From: Camelus ferus
Lineage: Eukaryota
Reading direction: 5' to 3'
Assembly: GCF_009834535.1 (NCBI RefSeq)
Contig: NC_045696.1
Coordinates: 48,300,001 to 48,364,000 of the forward strand
Length of the DNA: 64,000 nt
The position numbers and the translations under genes were made by a program. The notes beneath the pieces were generated by a model. That model worked only from the letters and a program-made list of their open reading frames with translations, searched no databases and was not told where the DNA came from. The stretch's first letter is position 1; each line of letters begins with the position of its first letter. Shown piece by piece: positions 52,501 to 64,000 of the stretch.

Positions 52501-53507
52501 TTTTTAATATAATATTGTCTTGGCCATTGCTTGATGTGTTTCTTTCCCTTCTCTCTGGCTCACTGTTGCCCTGTGTCCTACTTGCTAAAAGTGCTTGGTA
52601 GATAGAAGAGAGGGATTATGGAGGTGGGAGGAACAGTGGACTTGAAGAAGGGGCCAGGACTTGTGATACGCCATCAGACTGCAATGCAGAGAGTACTATT
52701 CCAAAGTGTCCAGTCATTTCCTAAGTTTAGATACACTAATGCCTGAACTTTAGACAGCAGGAATTTGTTCCTAAGTGGACAAAGATGACAGATATTTCTT
52801 CTTGTAACTCTTTTGCAGTTTGATGCATGACTCCAGACCCTTCTAACCTCAGTCAAGATGGAGTGGGTTTTTAAATATATTCGCACTTGATTTTTAATGT
52901 TGATTCCAGATGAGTATGACAAACAGAACAAGTTAGAGAAAGCTACTTAGAAATGACCTAAAACCTTTTATTATACTCTAACACGTAGGTAGTTAGAGCA
53001 TTGTTATTTTAGCTAAATCTTGTTTATAGAACATGATGTTATTCTCTGGGTACATTCATTCCTCAGTGGTGAAGAAACTAGAAATTATTGCATTCTTATC
53101 TCAAAACAGAAATTCACAGTTGCATTATGAGGAATGTAATTAATTATGACCATATTCATGAACATATTGAAATACAACATGCATTTTATCTTAAAAACTA
53201 CTTAGAAACTATCTGTATTAAATAGCTCCCTTCAACATCAGTTTGACTAATTAGGACCCCATCCCTGAACTAACATCAAAGAATGTGATTAACTTTTGAA
53301 TCCTGAAATGTCCTTTCTGGTCGTATTCTTAAAACTCTAATCCTGTCTTCAATTCCAAAGGCGCAATATAGATCTTTTAACGCTCTATTACTTAAAATCT
53401 GGTGAACATGTATAATCTGCTTCTGTACTTTGTCATGCATTCTTTCCACTATGTTGGATTCTCTGCTTTTGACACAATTGTCAACCATATAAACAGAGAG
53501 GCTTAGT

Positions 53508-53532
53508 TGTGTGTGTGTGTGTGTGTGTGTGT
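53508..53532. repeat. (TG)n microsatellite
   Basis: Directly visible. Confidence 0.95.
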
Positions 53533-56479
53533 ATCCATCCCTGATTGTTGATATATATGTCGTGTCTGCTTACCTAATTCTTGCAACAGAACACTTCTTG
53601 CTCTGTAATTTTATTGGCATCTGTATTCCCTGCTTTGTCATTTCTAAAGCATATAAAAGATCTTGAACAGCTTCATATTTAAGTCAATGGGACACATTTA
53701 AATTATGTTTATACTGAGGAATTTCTTCTCCCCTGCAAATGAGAAAGAGATTCTGGATGTTTCCAACCTTTCAAAGTCAAATGTGTTTATGTTGTTTCTC
53801 TACAGAACTGTCATTCTCCAAGCCTGTGGTGTTATTGAAAGAGATTACTTTTCATTGCAAAGCTGAGGCCAGATGCTTTTCACTTGCAAGTGAAGTGCTT
53901 ATTCATCTGAGTGTTTTTTTTATGTTAGTGTCCTATGATTATTTTTTAATTAAAAAATGACACAAGGTAATATAATAGTGAAGATATTAGGAAGACTTAA
54001 CATACAAATGAATTACAGGGTGACAATACCTGAAGCAGAATCTAGAGCAGGGAGTTCATAAGGAAATAGGATGTTACAGAAAAGTAGAAGTTTTTTTTTT
54101 TTTTTTTCAATTCTATCCTTTTCTAAGATAAACAAATACTAGCTAAGATCTGAGAAAGTTAATTGATGGTCTTTTGAGTCCAAGGTTGCCAATTCTACCT
54201 GAGGAATCTCTTCAGAATATCAAAACAATACTACTGTTAGATTTTTTTTTTCTGTTGTTTTTGTTGAGAATCTGGGCGGTTGATGTTTGAAATTTTTACT
54301 GTGTTTATAGGGTGCAATTCACTGAAGTTAAAAGGGGATTCTCTTCCGCTGGATAGTCAACTTCTGTTTACTTCAGTCTTCTCCTGCCTATTGGCTTTTC
54401 AATAATAATTTATTAATTAAAAATAAGAAGTAGTTGTGGCAGTAAGTATCCCTATCAATTTTTCTATGTTTCAGAAACATTTGAAAATCCTTTAGTTAGC
54501 CAGGGATTTGAAACTACATAGTAACCACCATAGAAGATTACGTTATTCCCACTTCAACATGTGAACATTGTCCAGTTGTCAAACAGGTGACACCTTTCGA
54601 TAGACAGACACATTTCAAAAGGACTTTATTGGTTTTCCTCCCCTGTACTCCGTAACTCAGTCTATATACGTCATAGGTAAAGCCATGTTTCAGGCAGCTT
54701 TGAATATTTATTTGGGATTTTTTGCCTGTAATTATATTAATTATATATACATATATATCTTAATAATAAATATCTTAATCTCTCTGTCTGTCTCTGTGTC
54801 TTTCTCTTTTCCTCTCCCACCCTCCCCCTCAATATATATAGATATATAGATAGATGAGAGAGAGATTAGATAGATACACACACACACTTCCCCCCACCCC
54901 AGCTGTAATGACAGTGTGCGTTTTGACTTCCAATCCTAACTTTTCTGTTAGGATTTTCTGTTTCTTGAGCCTAGTCTAACGAAGTAATTTCATTTTCAGC
55001 CTCCTATGGCACAGGGCAGTCAGACACTGGCAATGGGAAGACAGTGGGTAAGGGAGCATGAAGAATGAATACTCAGAGTAAGAGAAGGAGGTGAGGCTTT
55101 ATTGGGACATGAGAGAGATTATGAGGGCAAACTTCTAGCGAGATTCCTCACCCCCACCGCTGCCACATTGACACCAGCCTTCTGAATGAGGCTCAAGATA
55201 CAGTGCACATGAACTAATAAAACTACATTTCTGCACAGCTAAACACAGGCTGTACCTTTCAGCCACCCACTGGATTGCCCTCTCTAGTTCATTGACATGA
55301 CTGCTTTATGTTTCTGCTCCTCGGGTGATGGAGGATATTTATTTGGTATATAAGGCAAGTTTGTTGACACTGTTCTACACGTTTCACAAAGAACAAGTTG
55401 TGTATTATTGAACAATTATTGTATTATTGTGTATTCTAAGCCTTTAGGATTTGTAACAGCTCATTGATGGAAGCGTCACTGCAATATTTATAAAGTATAA
55501 CAAAGAGAGAACTTGATTGGAACTCAGATTTGTGAGTCAAGGAATGGTCCACACATCCTAGTGAGACACAGTTTATTTAGCAGCCTATATTAAAGAGAAA
55601 GGGATAGAAATTCAAGATATGCACAGGCTGCATCAAGTCTTAAGGGGGTGGTATTTTCTGCCTGTACATTATAGGAAAATCCTTTTAAAACATGTAGTAA
55701 AGTCAACAACCTGAGGGTCATCTTAAATAAGTCATTATCAATCGCTATTCAAAAAAAAAGAATTCCTTATTTTGAAAATATCTCAACCCAAAGTTATCTT
55801 TCTGCTTTTTTAATGAAACCATAATGCATGTACTTTTTAATTTAGAAAAATAAATAAGATGAATTTATAAAGTCTCATTTTTCTATTTTAGCTTCTTTGG
55901 AACTACATAAAAATCCAACTAAAGTTTAATTATTTTATTTAAAATGTAATTTTTAAGCAAATAAAAATATTGAGAACATTGGAAAAGCTGAATACTTGGA
56001 ATACTATGATCCATTTACATAAATATCTTTTGATATTATATTCAGTGATGAGTTATTCATGATCATAAATCTACCATGACGATGTCAAATTTTTATGTCT
56101 TAATGTCTAAACTTATAATATTTAAATGTTGAAATGTTAAAAATACAGATTTTTATCCCAAATAATTTGATCTTAAAAATCAAAGTCTGAAAACTAAGTC
56201 TTTAAGTCTCTCCACACTATAATGAGGACCCTAAAATGTCCACTGAGCAGTGAGTGAATTAGAGAAACCATCCTTTAAACCTTTACACAATATTTAAACC
56301 TGAAAATTATTGGTGCTTGATTTCAAATAATATCTTGAGTATTTTTTTTTTAAGTATACATTTTTTATGAACCTAAGGCAGAATCAAAGAGTCATGCTTT
56401 GGGGTCTAGTAATTAAGTCAAGTTATCCTAGAACTAGGTGGGCATGAATTGGCATACCTCTGCATATACAGTTTGTATT

Positions 56480-56965
56480 TTGAATGCCTGAATGGTATGT
56501 TGTGGAGAACCAAGGAAGATTTTAAAGCAAAACATTGACAATAAGTATGTTAGGAAATTACTCTGGCAGTGAAAGGATTCTGCAGGAGTCAGAAAAAATT
56601 TTACAGGGCTACTGAAATAACCCAGTAATGCAATGTGGTGAGGGAAAGATGGGAGGACAGATTTAGGGGCCTTTTAATAACTGGAATCTATAGAATTTGC
56701 TGATAAATTAATCAGATGCAAACATAGAAGGGGAGAGCGAGCCAGTAGTGAGCCATAGGTCAGCTAAGTAGTAGTGAAATCCTTCTTCAAGATAGTGCTA
56801 AAGGAGGAGGGACAAGTTTTACAAGAAGATGATTAATTTATTTTTGGGCACCACATGATTGAGGGGCCTTGTATGCTGAGTATCTTGTAGAGGAGACAGA
56901 AGTTTAAGTGTGGATGTGGAGTTAATTCTGAGTCGGTCATCATTTGCATGTAGGGAGTAGTTGAA
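56480..56965 (-). mobile_element. L2 fragment
   Basis: Purine-rich antisense L2 text: 'ttaggaaattactctggcagt', 'gaatttgctgataaatta', 'tttgggcac', 'gggagtagttgaag'. Confidence 0.65.
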
Positions 56966-56984
56966 GTGATACTTGTAATATATT

Positions 56985-57062
56985 AATAAATGAGTTAATA
57001 CACGTAATGTTAGAACAATGACTGGCACTTGAAAATAACTCAGTAAATGTCACCTACTGTTA
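56985..57062 (+). mobile_element. MIR 3' end
   Basis: 'taaatgagttaatacacgtaa..ttagaacaatgactggcac..ctcagtaaatgt'. Confidence 0.75.
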
Positions 57063-57159
57063 CAGTCTCTCAGAGGAGTTTCTCAAGTGAAAATAAAAGT
57101 GGTATAGATCTTAGAAAAAGACTTGTCCTTTGAAGGTCATGTTATAAACTCAACACATA

Positions 57160-57357
57160 ACCTGGCGATGGCAGCTGTTCCAGGTAATAGTAATAGCTGT
57201 ATTAGTAACTCTAGTCAGGTCTTATGGGAGTCGTTTTTCATTGCAATGAGGGTTGAGGTATGAAAAGTCGTTGCAATGAAAAATGACTTGCATAAGACCT
57301 GACTAGAGTTACTAATACAGCTATTACTATTACCTGGAACAGTTGCCATCGCCAGGT
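57160..57357 (+). repeat. Long near-perfect inverted repeat (90-bp arms, 18-nt loop); possibly an ancient palindromic element of the MER135/Eulor class
   Basis: 57160-57249 versus the reverse complement of 57268-57357: 85/90 identical, no gaps, including a 52-bp perfect run. Family assignment is from recall only. Confidence 0.97.
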
Positions 57358-57362
57358 CCTTC

Positions 57363-57365
57363 TAT

Positions 57366-57416
<51 letters not shown>
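57363..57416. repeat. (TTTA)n microsatellite
   Basis: Directly visible, immediately 3' of the inverted repeat. Confidence 0.97.
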
Positions 57417-57417
<1 letters not shown>

Positions 57418-57504
57418 ATTATTATTATTTTTTGCCTCACAACAGATAAAAGTCAACATTCAAAGCAAAGAAACTCCCAAATGTTGGAACACTGTGTTTC
57501 AGAA

Positions 57505-57655
57505 GTATTTCATGTTGTCTGCCTGATGGGCAGTGTGTGTAGATGGCATGGACTATACCTTCTGCATATTTTCTTTCCCTGCAGAACCTGTCACAGTGTT
57601 TTGGACATGGTACACTTTGAATAAACATTGGATGAATGGATGAATAAATGAATGC
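57505..57655 (+). mobile_element. L2 3' end
   Basis: 'cacagtgttttggacatggta..aataaacattggatgaatggatgaataaatgaatg'. Confidence 0.75.
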
Positions 57656-58189
57656 TTACTATGCTCAATGTTCAGCTTTAGAAGGATTTTTTTTTCTTGC
57701 CATTGCCTGAGTGTAAACCTAATTTGTTGACTAACAGTGAGGAATCAGGGTAGAGAGAATACAAGTAAAGGAAAGAGAAGACATTTAGCTATTGAGTTGA
57801 AGGGAGTCAAGTTTTGGGGATCCAGGGAAACTCAGAGATCTGAAGGCTGAGAGTAGCATTCATGAGCATCACATACATTGTTGGAGGGACTCTGTGATTG
57901 CTGAGTCACTCTGTGCTGTGTTTGGTGGCTTCTGGTGCCAGGAGGCTCCAGACTATTCCCAGCCGTTTTCTGGCTTGCACATGCCTAGTAATAAGCAGAT
58001 ATAGAAAGGTTCGACTCTGCCTTGGGTGGTAGCTCTGAAGGCACCTTTCCTATCCTCCAACTATTACCTTTTTAAAAATTAGTTCCCTGCTTAGGATGAG
58101 CTGAGACTCCTGAGTGTAGAACACAGACTATGAGCAAAGTTAAGAAGGCCAACCTGTGATGGACCAACCTGTGATGTTTACCTACGCAT

Positions 58190-58318
58190 AATCCTTGGAC
58201 CACCAGCAGCTCTTATCACCAATGCAGAATTGAGGACCCACTAATCTTAGTGGATTAGAATCTGATTTTTAGCAGATCCCTATGTGATTCCAGTGTACAT
58301 TCACGTTTGAGAACGGTG
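58190..58318. mobile_element. MER5A-type fragment
   Basis: 'ccttggaccaccagcagc..aatgcagaatt..attagaatctgatttttagcagatccc..gtgattc..gtacattcacgtttgagaa'. Confidence 0.7.
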
Positions 58319-59292
58319 TCTCAGGGCTTCTGGAAGATGTGGTTTGTGTTCACATTAGTCATTCCCTGGGTCTGGAAATACGGGACTAAATTGAATGTGC
58401 TATGTTTGTCTTTATTTTGCATTGTTAGAAATATTTCAGTAACCACATACTCTAACTTCTGGATATAAACTGGGGTTAATGGAAGCTCCAACACAAACCT
58501 TTATAACAAACTGAAAGATACAAGTTCTACTTTTTAAAAAAATGAAACCTTCTAAGTTGAGAAGATCTTGGACCAATCTGATCAGAGTAGATCTTGACTT
58601 GCCTTATTAATTTTAACCCCTGAAATTAGAATTTGGCTCAAGGATAGATATCAAATATTCAGGAGATTCTTAGGGGAATTTTCCATGTCCCAAGCACTCT
58701 GAGATGTGTACTAATTGTGTGCCCATGGCCTTCCATTGCACTGCTTGTATTGGTTTTATGTGTTTAGTCTAATTACTTGCCACGAGCTACAGCGTGTTCT
58801 GCATTTCACCTAAGTTTCTGAAAATAATACAAAACAGGAAAGACAAAGTCCTCTTTCATGCCTCTGTGTCTTTGAAGCCACATAATTTAAATGATCAGAA
58901 TGTGTGCCATTTCCTCCCTTTGAAAAATATATCTGGTGGTAACACACATCTTACAAAACGCAAATGAGATGATGTATATGAAAGGACTTTGTAGATTCTG
59001 AAGACCTATACCATGTTAAGATGCTAGATTTTGAGAACTTTGTTATTGTAAGTATTGTGCTTGTTAGTACTTGTAATTATTAATAGTATCATTGCTATTA
59101 TTACTACTGAAGCTACTGCTGTAACTACTATTGTATTAATAATAAACAGCAGAGTGATATGAAATAGAGTAAATGCCTTGGAATAAGTTTCACGGTGTCC
59201 AGCTATAAAGAATTGAAGAAGCTATTTAAATATTATACATTTTAGTTCCCCACATCATTACAGACATTTGCAATGCCCTGCAACATAGATTT

Positions 59293-59840
59293 TGTCTTAG
59301 TTTGGGTCTCTCCAGAAGTAAGAATGGATTCCAGTGCAAGGAGTTAATTTGGGGGGACAGTATAAGGAACACCAGAAGGGAACGCTGCTAAGGTGGACTG
59401 CACTATTGAGTCAGCTATCACAGTGGGCCAAGGGAGCTTAATCCTGCTGGGAACTGCTTGTCAGTGCCATGATGGAGGCAGAAGTAGGAGTGGGAAAACC
59501 GCAAGCCGCCCCATCCCCCCAGAAAATGCAGGCGGCTTCTAGAAGCTGGAAAGGGCAAGGCAAGAATTTTCCTCTAGAGCTTGCAGAAGGAATGCACCCC
59601 ACCTGACTCCTCAAATTTAGTTCAATGAGACCTATTTTGGACTTCTGAACTCCAGAACTATATGGCAATAAATTTATGTTGCTTCAAGCCACTACATTTG
59701 TTGTAAGATGTTACAGCAGCAAGAGGAACTAGCACAGATTTTGTGAAAAGAAAACAGACCTCATAGTTCTACCCCCTGAAGGCCAGGAGGCTGCGGTGTC
59801 TGCTGGCTCCCCTGTGTTTTCAGTTGAGGGCTACTCCTCC
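59293..59840 (-). mobile_element. Old MaLR LTR (MLT1I/J-like), split by a second MLT1
   Basis: 'tgtcttagtttgggtctctccagaag..gtgcaaggagttaatttgggg..gggagcttaatcctgctgggaact' resumes after 59736 with 'acctcatagtt..ggaggctg..gttgagggctactcc'. Confidence 0.7.
59466..59736 (+). mobile_element. MaLR LTR (MLT1C/D-like), 3' half
   Basis: 'tctagaagctggaaagggcaagg..ttttcctctagagc..ggacttctgaactccagaact..aataaattt..aagccact..gttacagcagcaagaggaactagcaca'. Confidence 0.88.
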
Positions 59841-60079
59841 TCGTTTCCACTCCCTTTTAGTGAGGAGAAAGGCCTGCCTTTCCTGTTTGTGGAATAAAGG
59901 TCTCAGGCAGAAAGGTGCAAAATCTGGCAGTTGGAAGTTAGCGAAGAAAGGACTGGATTGGGCCCTGACAATCTGCTGCAAGGACTAAATGAGATTATGT
60001 AAAGAAACATCTGGCTCCGTGTCCCATAAAACAAGTGCGCAATAAATGCACCCCTTCCTCTCCTATCTGTCAAACCCAT

Positions 60080-60328
60080 TTTTTTTCCCATCAAATTCAC
60101 CTCAAATATCACTTCTTTTCTGAAATCTTCCGATTTACTTTGGTGTATTACTTGCATACTTCATTGAAACACTACTCCTGTTTATTTGTATTATTTACAT
60201 ATTTATCACTGACGCTAAGTTATGAGTCCTTGAGAGCAAAGACCATGTTCAGTTCACTTGAAATTCCCATCTCTAATGCAGTGTATGCAAACATTTAAGC
60301 CCACAAGAGACATGTGTTGAATGAATGG
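60080..60328 (+). mobile_element. L2 3' end
   Basis: 'ctcaaatatcacttc..tgagtccttgagagcaaagaccatg..tgttgaatgaatg'. Confidence 0.75.
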
Positions 60329-61566
60329 ACTTTTATTCTCTCAGATAGAGGTTCCATTTCGCAGTAACTTTACACCTCTTACAGAATCATCGAGGCCCTT
60401 ATACCGGATTTCTGAGGATTCTAGATCCTTGTCTTACTTTCACACCAGCAACTTCACCAAGAAATCTCTCCCTAAGACAGAGAGTGCTTTGGGTGCGCGT
60501 CATCACCCCCATCGCGGGGTGGTTTTCCATTAGTCTCACTGTCCTTCCTGCTACTGGAAGGTCACACTGGATAACACAAACCAAGGTAATCTAACTAGTA
60601 CTTTGGAAACACTTTTTTTTTACATCCCCTGTAAAAATTAGGAGGCTTTCCATGGGATGTATATTTATTTATTTAACAGAAAATACTGAGTGCACTTAGC
60701 AGTCAAGCTAGCAGAATGCAAGAAGGTATATACTGTATTCTTCTTTGTTTCCACAACATTTATAACCTCTGCAAAGCAGAAAACAGCTGTTATACTGGCA
60801 ATTGGCAGTATATTTTGGGCAAGTAGGGCAGCAGGGTGACTAATGTGCACTGTAATGACATTGTAAGTGACTCACTGGGGTGCAATTATCAGTATAGTTG
60901 CCACATGCTTGGTTTATGATAAGGTTAATCAGTTCCGTTGCCGGTTTGATCACTCTGTCTTCCTCTGGTTCACTTGAACACTTTATTCTCTTGCTTAGGG
61001 AACCTAGGCATAGACTTTATTTTAGGCTGTCCCCTGGTTTAATTTTCACATGTCACCTTTGCTGAAAGTTGCTATTTTCCGTGGGTCCTGTTTGACCCCA
61101 CAGACCAATTTGCAAACTGTACCACTGTACAAAATTCAGTACAATGCTGAATTCCCGAGACATGCATCTTAGCAACTAGGAGCCTCTCGAGGGAGCATGC
61201 TAGTTTTCTTTATTGCTTTTCTTACTCTTACTATGTACTGTCATTAGGACACGCAGGGAGGAGATGGCTTTAGTTTTTCACTGGGAGTGGGCATCTCATA
61301 CACAACTCGTGGACGTCTCAACTTGTAAGTGACCAGAGGAGAGTGGTTTTTGGAGCACTCGAGGAACTATGACCTAACATTAGAAAGTCAATCAAGACAA
61401 TCCCTTCAGGCTCTGTTTCTTTAACAGTTCTGTTTGTTTGGAAGCACAGCTGACTTTTCTCCTTGTAGCACAACTCTGATTATTTTCCTCCCCTACTCAA
61501 AAATCTGTGATGAACACCTAATTGTATCCGATGAATTTAAATTTTCTTAATGTAGCAATCAATAAT

Positions 61567-62030
61567 GGTGGATAGACTCTAGGATTCCCCTATTTATTCT
61601 CTCCTCTGAGTTTTTATGCCTCATACTGGCTTCTCCTCTTGAATGGGGGAAGAATCTGTAACTTGCTCCGAATCAATACAATTACATGGCAAGAAGTTGT
61701 GGCGGGTCTATGAGAACTTTGGGCAGCAGCTAGGAGTTGAGGATTGCTTCTAACAGTCAGCAAAAGAGACTCATGCTCAGTCCTTCAGCTGCAAGAAACT
61801 AAATTGTGCCAACAACTCTTTGAGCAGGAAAGTGGGCTCCTCCCAGATGAGCCTTCAGATGGAATGCAGTTGACCAACACCTTGACTGCAGCCCCTGGGA
61901 CCCTAAACAGAGAACTCAGTGAAACTGTGCCCAGATCCTTAAACCACAGAAATTTTGAGATCATAAATGTGTGTTGTTTTAAGCACTGAAGTTGTGGTGA
62001 TTTATTACACAGCCTTTGAAGACTAATACA
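61567..62030 (+). mobile_element. MaLR LTR (MLT1E-like)
   Basis: 'ctcagtccttcagctgcaagaaactaaattgtgccaacaac..gagccttcagatg..caacaccttgactgcagcc..ataaatgtgtgttgttttaagc..gactaataca'. Confidence 0.88.
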
Positions 62031-62129
62031 AAAATCAAAGGCTTCTCTAATTTAGTCACCTTTTTAGCTGCTTCTTACGTTCATGTGTGTGTTGTAAATT
62101 TCTGTCACACAAGACTATTTTCTAAATAG

Positions 62130-62305
62130 TCAGGATCCTTATCTATAAAATGTAACTATTAGATAACTGACTGGTGTACAATTATCTTTACTGTAATGGG
62201 GGATAATGATACTTGAAAAGTTTTTGTGAGTGTGAATTATATGACACAGAGAAGCAGTTATTGGAATTTTTGGAACATTATAGGCACTCAGTAAATATTA
62301 GTTTC
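62130..62305 (+). mobile_element. MIR fragment
   Basis: 'ctgtaatgggggataatgatact..ttgtgag..taggcactcagtaaatattagtt'. Confidence 0.6.
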
Positions 62306-64000
62306 ATTTCTTTTTCACTTGCCTTCTCTTTCTAAATCATCATTTTGGTCGCCAGTCTACGCCTTTAATTCTGCTGGTCCTTCTTTATAGAATGCCTTTC
62401 ACACTCATCTCCATCTCCCACTTTAAATGTTAGCTCAGATTTAACTTCTCTATGAAACAGTTCTCCACAAGAATCTTAATCTCACTCTGTCTGTGTGCCT
62501 TCAGTGCTTAAAAATATAATCAAAGCTTAGATTAAGGCATAAAGTGACTTGCGGTTATGCTTCTAAAGGAGAGATGGCATGTCTGTGTAAACATGTGAGT
62601 GTCCATCATAAGTAAATTTACACTGTAAGTGTAATATGGTTCAGCTGTGGAAAATGGATGAGGCGACCTGAGGTATTTATTATTTGAGGATAAAAAGTAA
62701 CACTGATAAGCAGGATTGTTAACTGGTGAGGGAAAGTGTGAAGGGCATTTTTATTGTTACCTAAACACAGTATTCCCTCTGTACACAGTTATAAATTCCG
62801 TAACACTCCTCATGATGATGCTTTATCTGTATTGCTTTCTTTCGTATGACTTACATTTGTTTTTTGTTTTTTCATCCATAAATTAGACAGTCAAGCCTGG
62901 AAGAAAACTAAGACAAAAATAGCATTTGTAGAATCAAAATGTCTCATTGAATGAAAGTAGAAATACCAGTTCCTTAACTCTGATAAAAATCTCTTTCCTG
63001 CCCCCTGTAATGTTTGCCTTTAGAACTTGAAAGGGCTTTGGCATTGAAAAGGATCATATTAAACATTTTTCTCTTCATTCTTCAAGTGTATACAGCTGTT
63101 AGTTTTTCATGAGAGTCCTGTAATGTAGCTGACAAAGTAGTGGTTATATTAAGAGAGATTAGCTTTCGAGAGAAAGGAAATATCTCTAGTTATTTTTTTT
63201 TTTATTCACTAACATTTTTAGGATCATATTTTACTTTCCTTAGATAATTTCCCTTTTATTACAATCTGTTGCATATTGCCTGAGTGCAGCTTTTCCCATA
63301 AATTTTGCACATGCACATGCACTAAATGCAGTGTCTGTCTAGCAGTGACAGGCGAGATGTTCCGCTGAATGTTCAGTTGTTCCCAGGGGCTTTCTGGGCT
63401 GTTGCCACAATTCTGTAGCCTGTAATCTGGTTGTTTATCTCCTCTCCCTTTGCAAATGTACAAATAGCTCAGTTACAATTTTTCTTTTTTTTTTTTTTAA
63501 TATAACTACTATACTGATGTTTGGCTGCTGAAGCTATGACTTGTCTGCTTATATTTGTATTGTGAAATATGAACACATGTGAAATATTAAATAAAAAAGG
63601 GAATAAAATAAGATTCAGTCCTGTTCAAGCAAAGTAATGTAAGACACAGTCTAATTTCATTTCAAATTATACTATTCTCCTGATGTATAGCTAGCTTGAA
63701 GTTACGGGTTGAGATCTACCAATAAGAGAAATACACAAGACCCCCTTAGCTATTTTAGAGAAAGGAAGTGTTCATTCGGTGGGAGGCATGATTTCTTTCT
63801 AAGTTAATCTTTTGAACGTTTAGAACATTTATTTACAGTTAAATCCTGTTAGTGGTATAATCTCCCATGTAAAAAGCACATATAAAATGCTGTTATTTAA
63901 CAACCCATTTTAACTGAGAGAAAATTTCTTCGGAGGAATTGAGTACTGTCAAAGATGTTCTTCTGAGTTTTAACTGAAATACCTTTTATTTCCCTATGGA

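Noticed and set aside
1..64000. Searched by eye for tRNA, snRNA, rRNA, NUMT, ERV internal genes and CpG islands
   Set aside because: None recognised; degraded copies could be missed without tools.

Overview
AT-rich, CpG-depleted mammalian genomic DNA, either intergenic or a large intron. I recognise no host protein-coding gene, tRNA, rRNA or CpG island. The style of the young L1 3' ends, and the lack of recognisable Alu, B1, Bov-tA/BovB, PRE-1 or CAN SINEs, suggests a camelid-like artiodactyl (inference). The window is dominated by interspersed repeats. The largest is an ~11 kb nested LINE-1 cluster (9.7-20.9 kb): an old near-full-length L1 holding three younger L1 insertions, one of which carries a further ~540 bp non-L1 insert. 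Older L1M, L2, MIR, MER5, MaLR LTR fragments and microsatellites are scattered throughout. The only ORFs with recognisable protein are broken L1 ORF2/ORF1 pieces. The most striking unexplained structure is a 198-bp near-perfect inverted repeat at 57160-57357 (90-bp arms, 18-nt loop); four of its five mismatches are G:U-compatible on the + strand. Repeat subfamily names are from recall and boundaries of old repeats are approximate.
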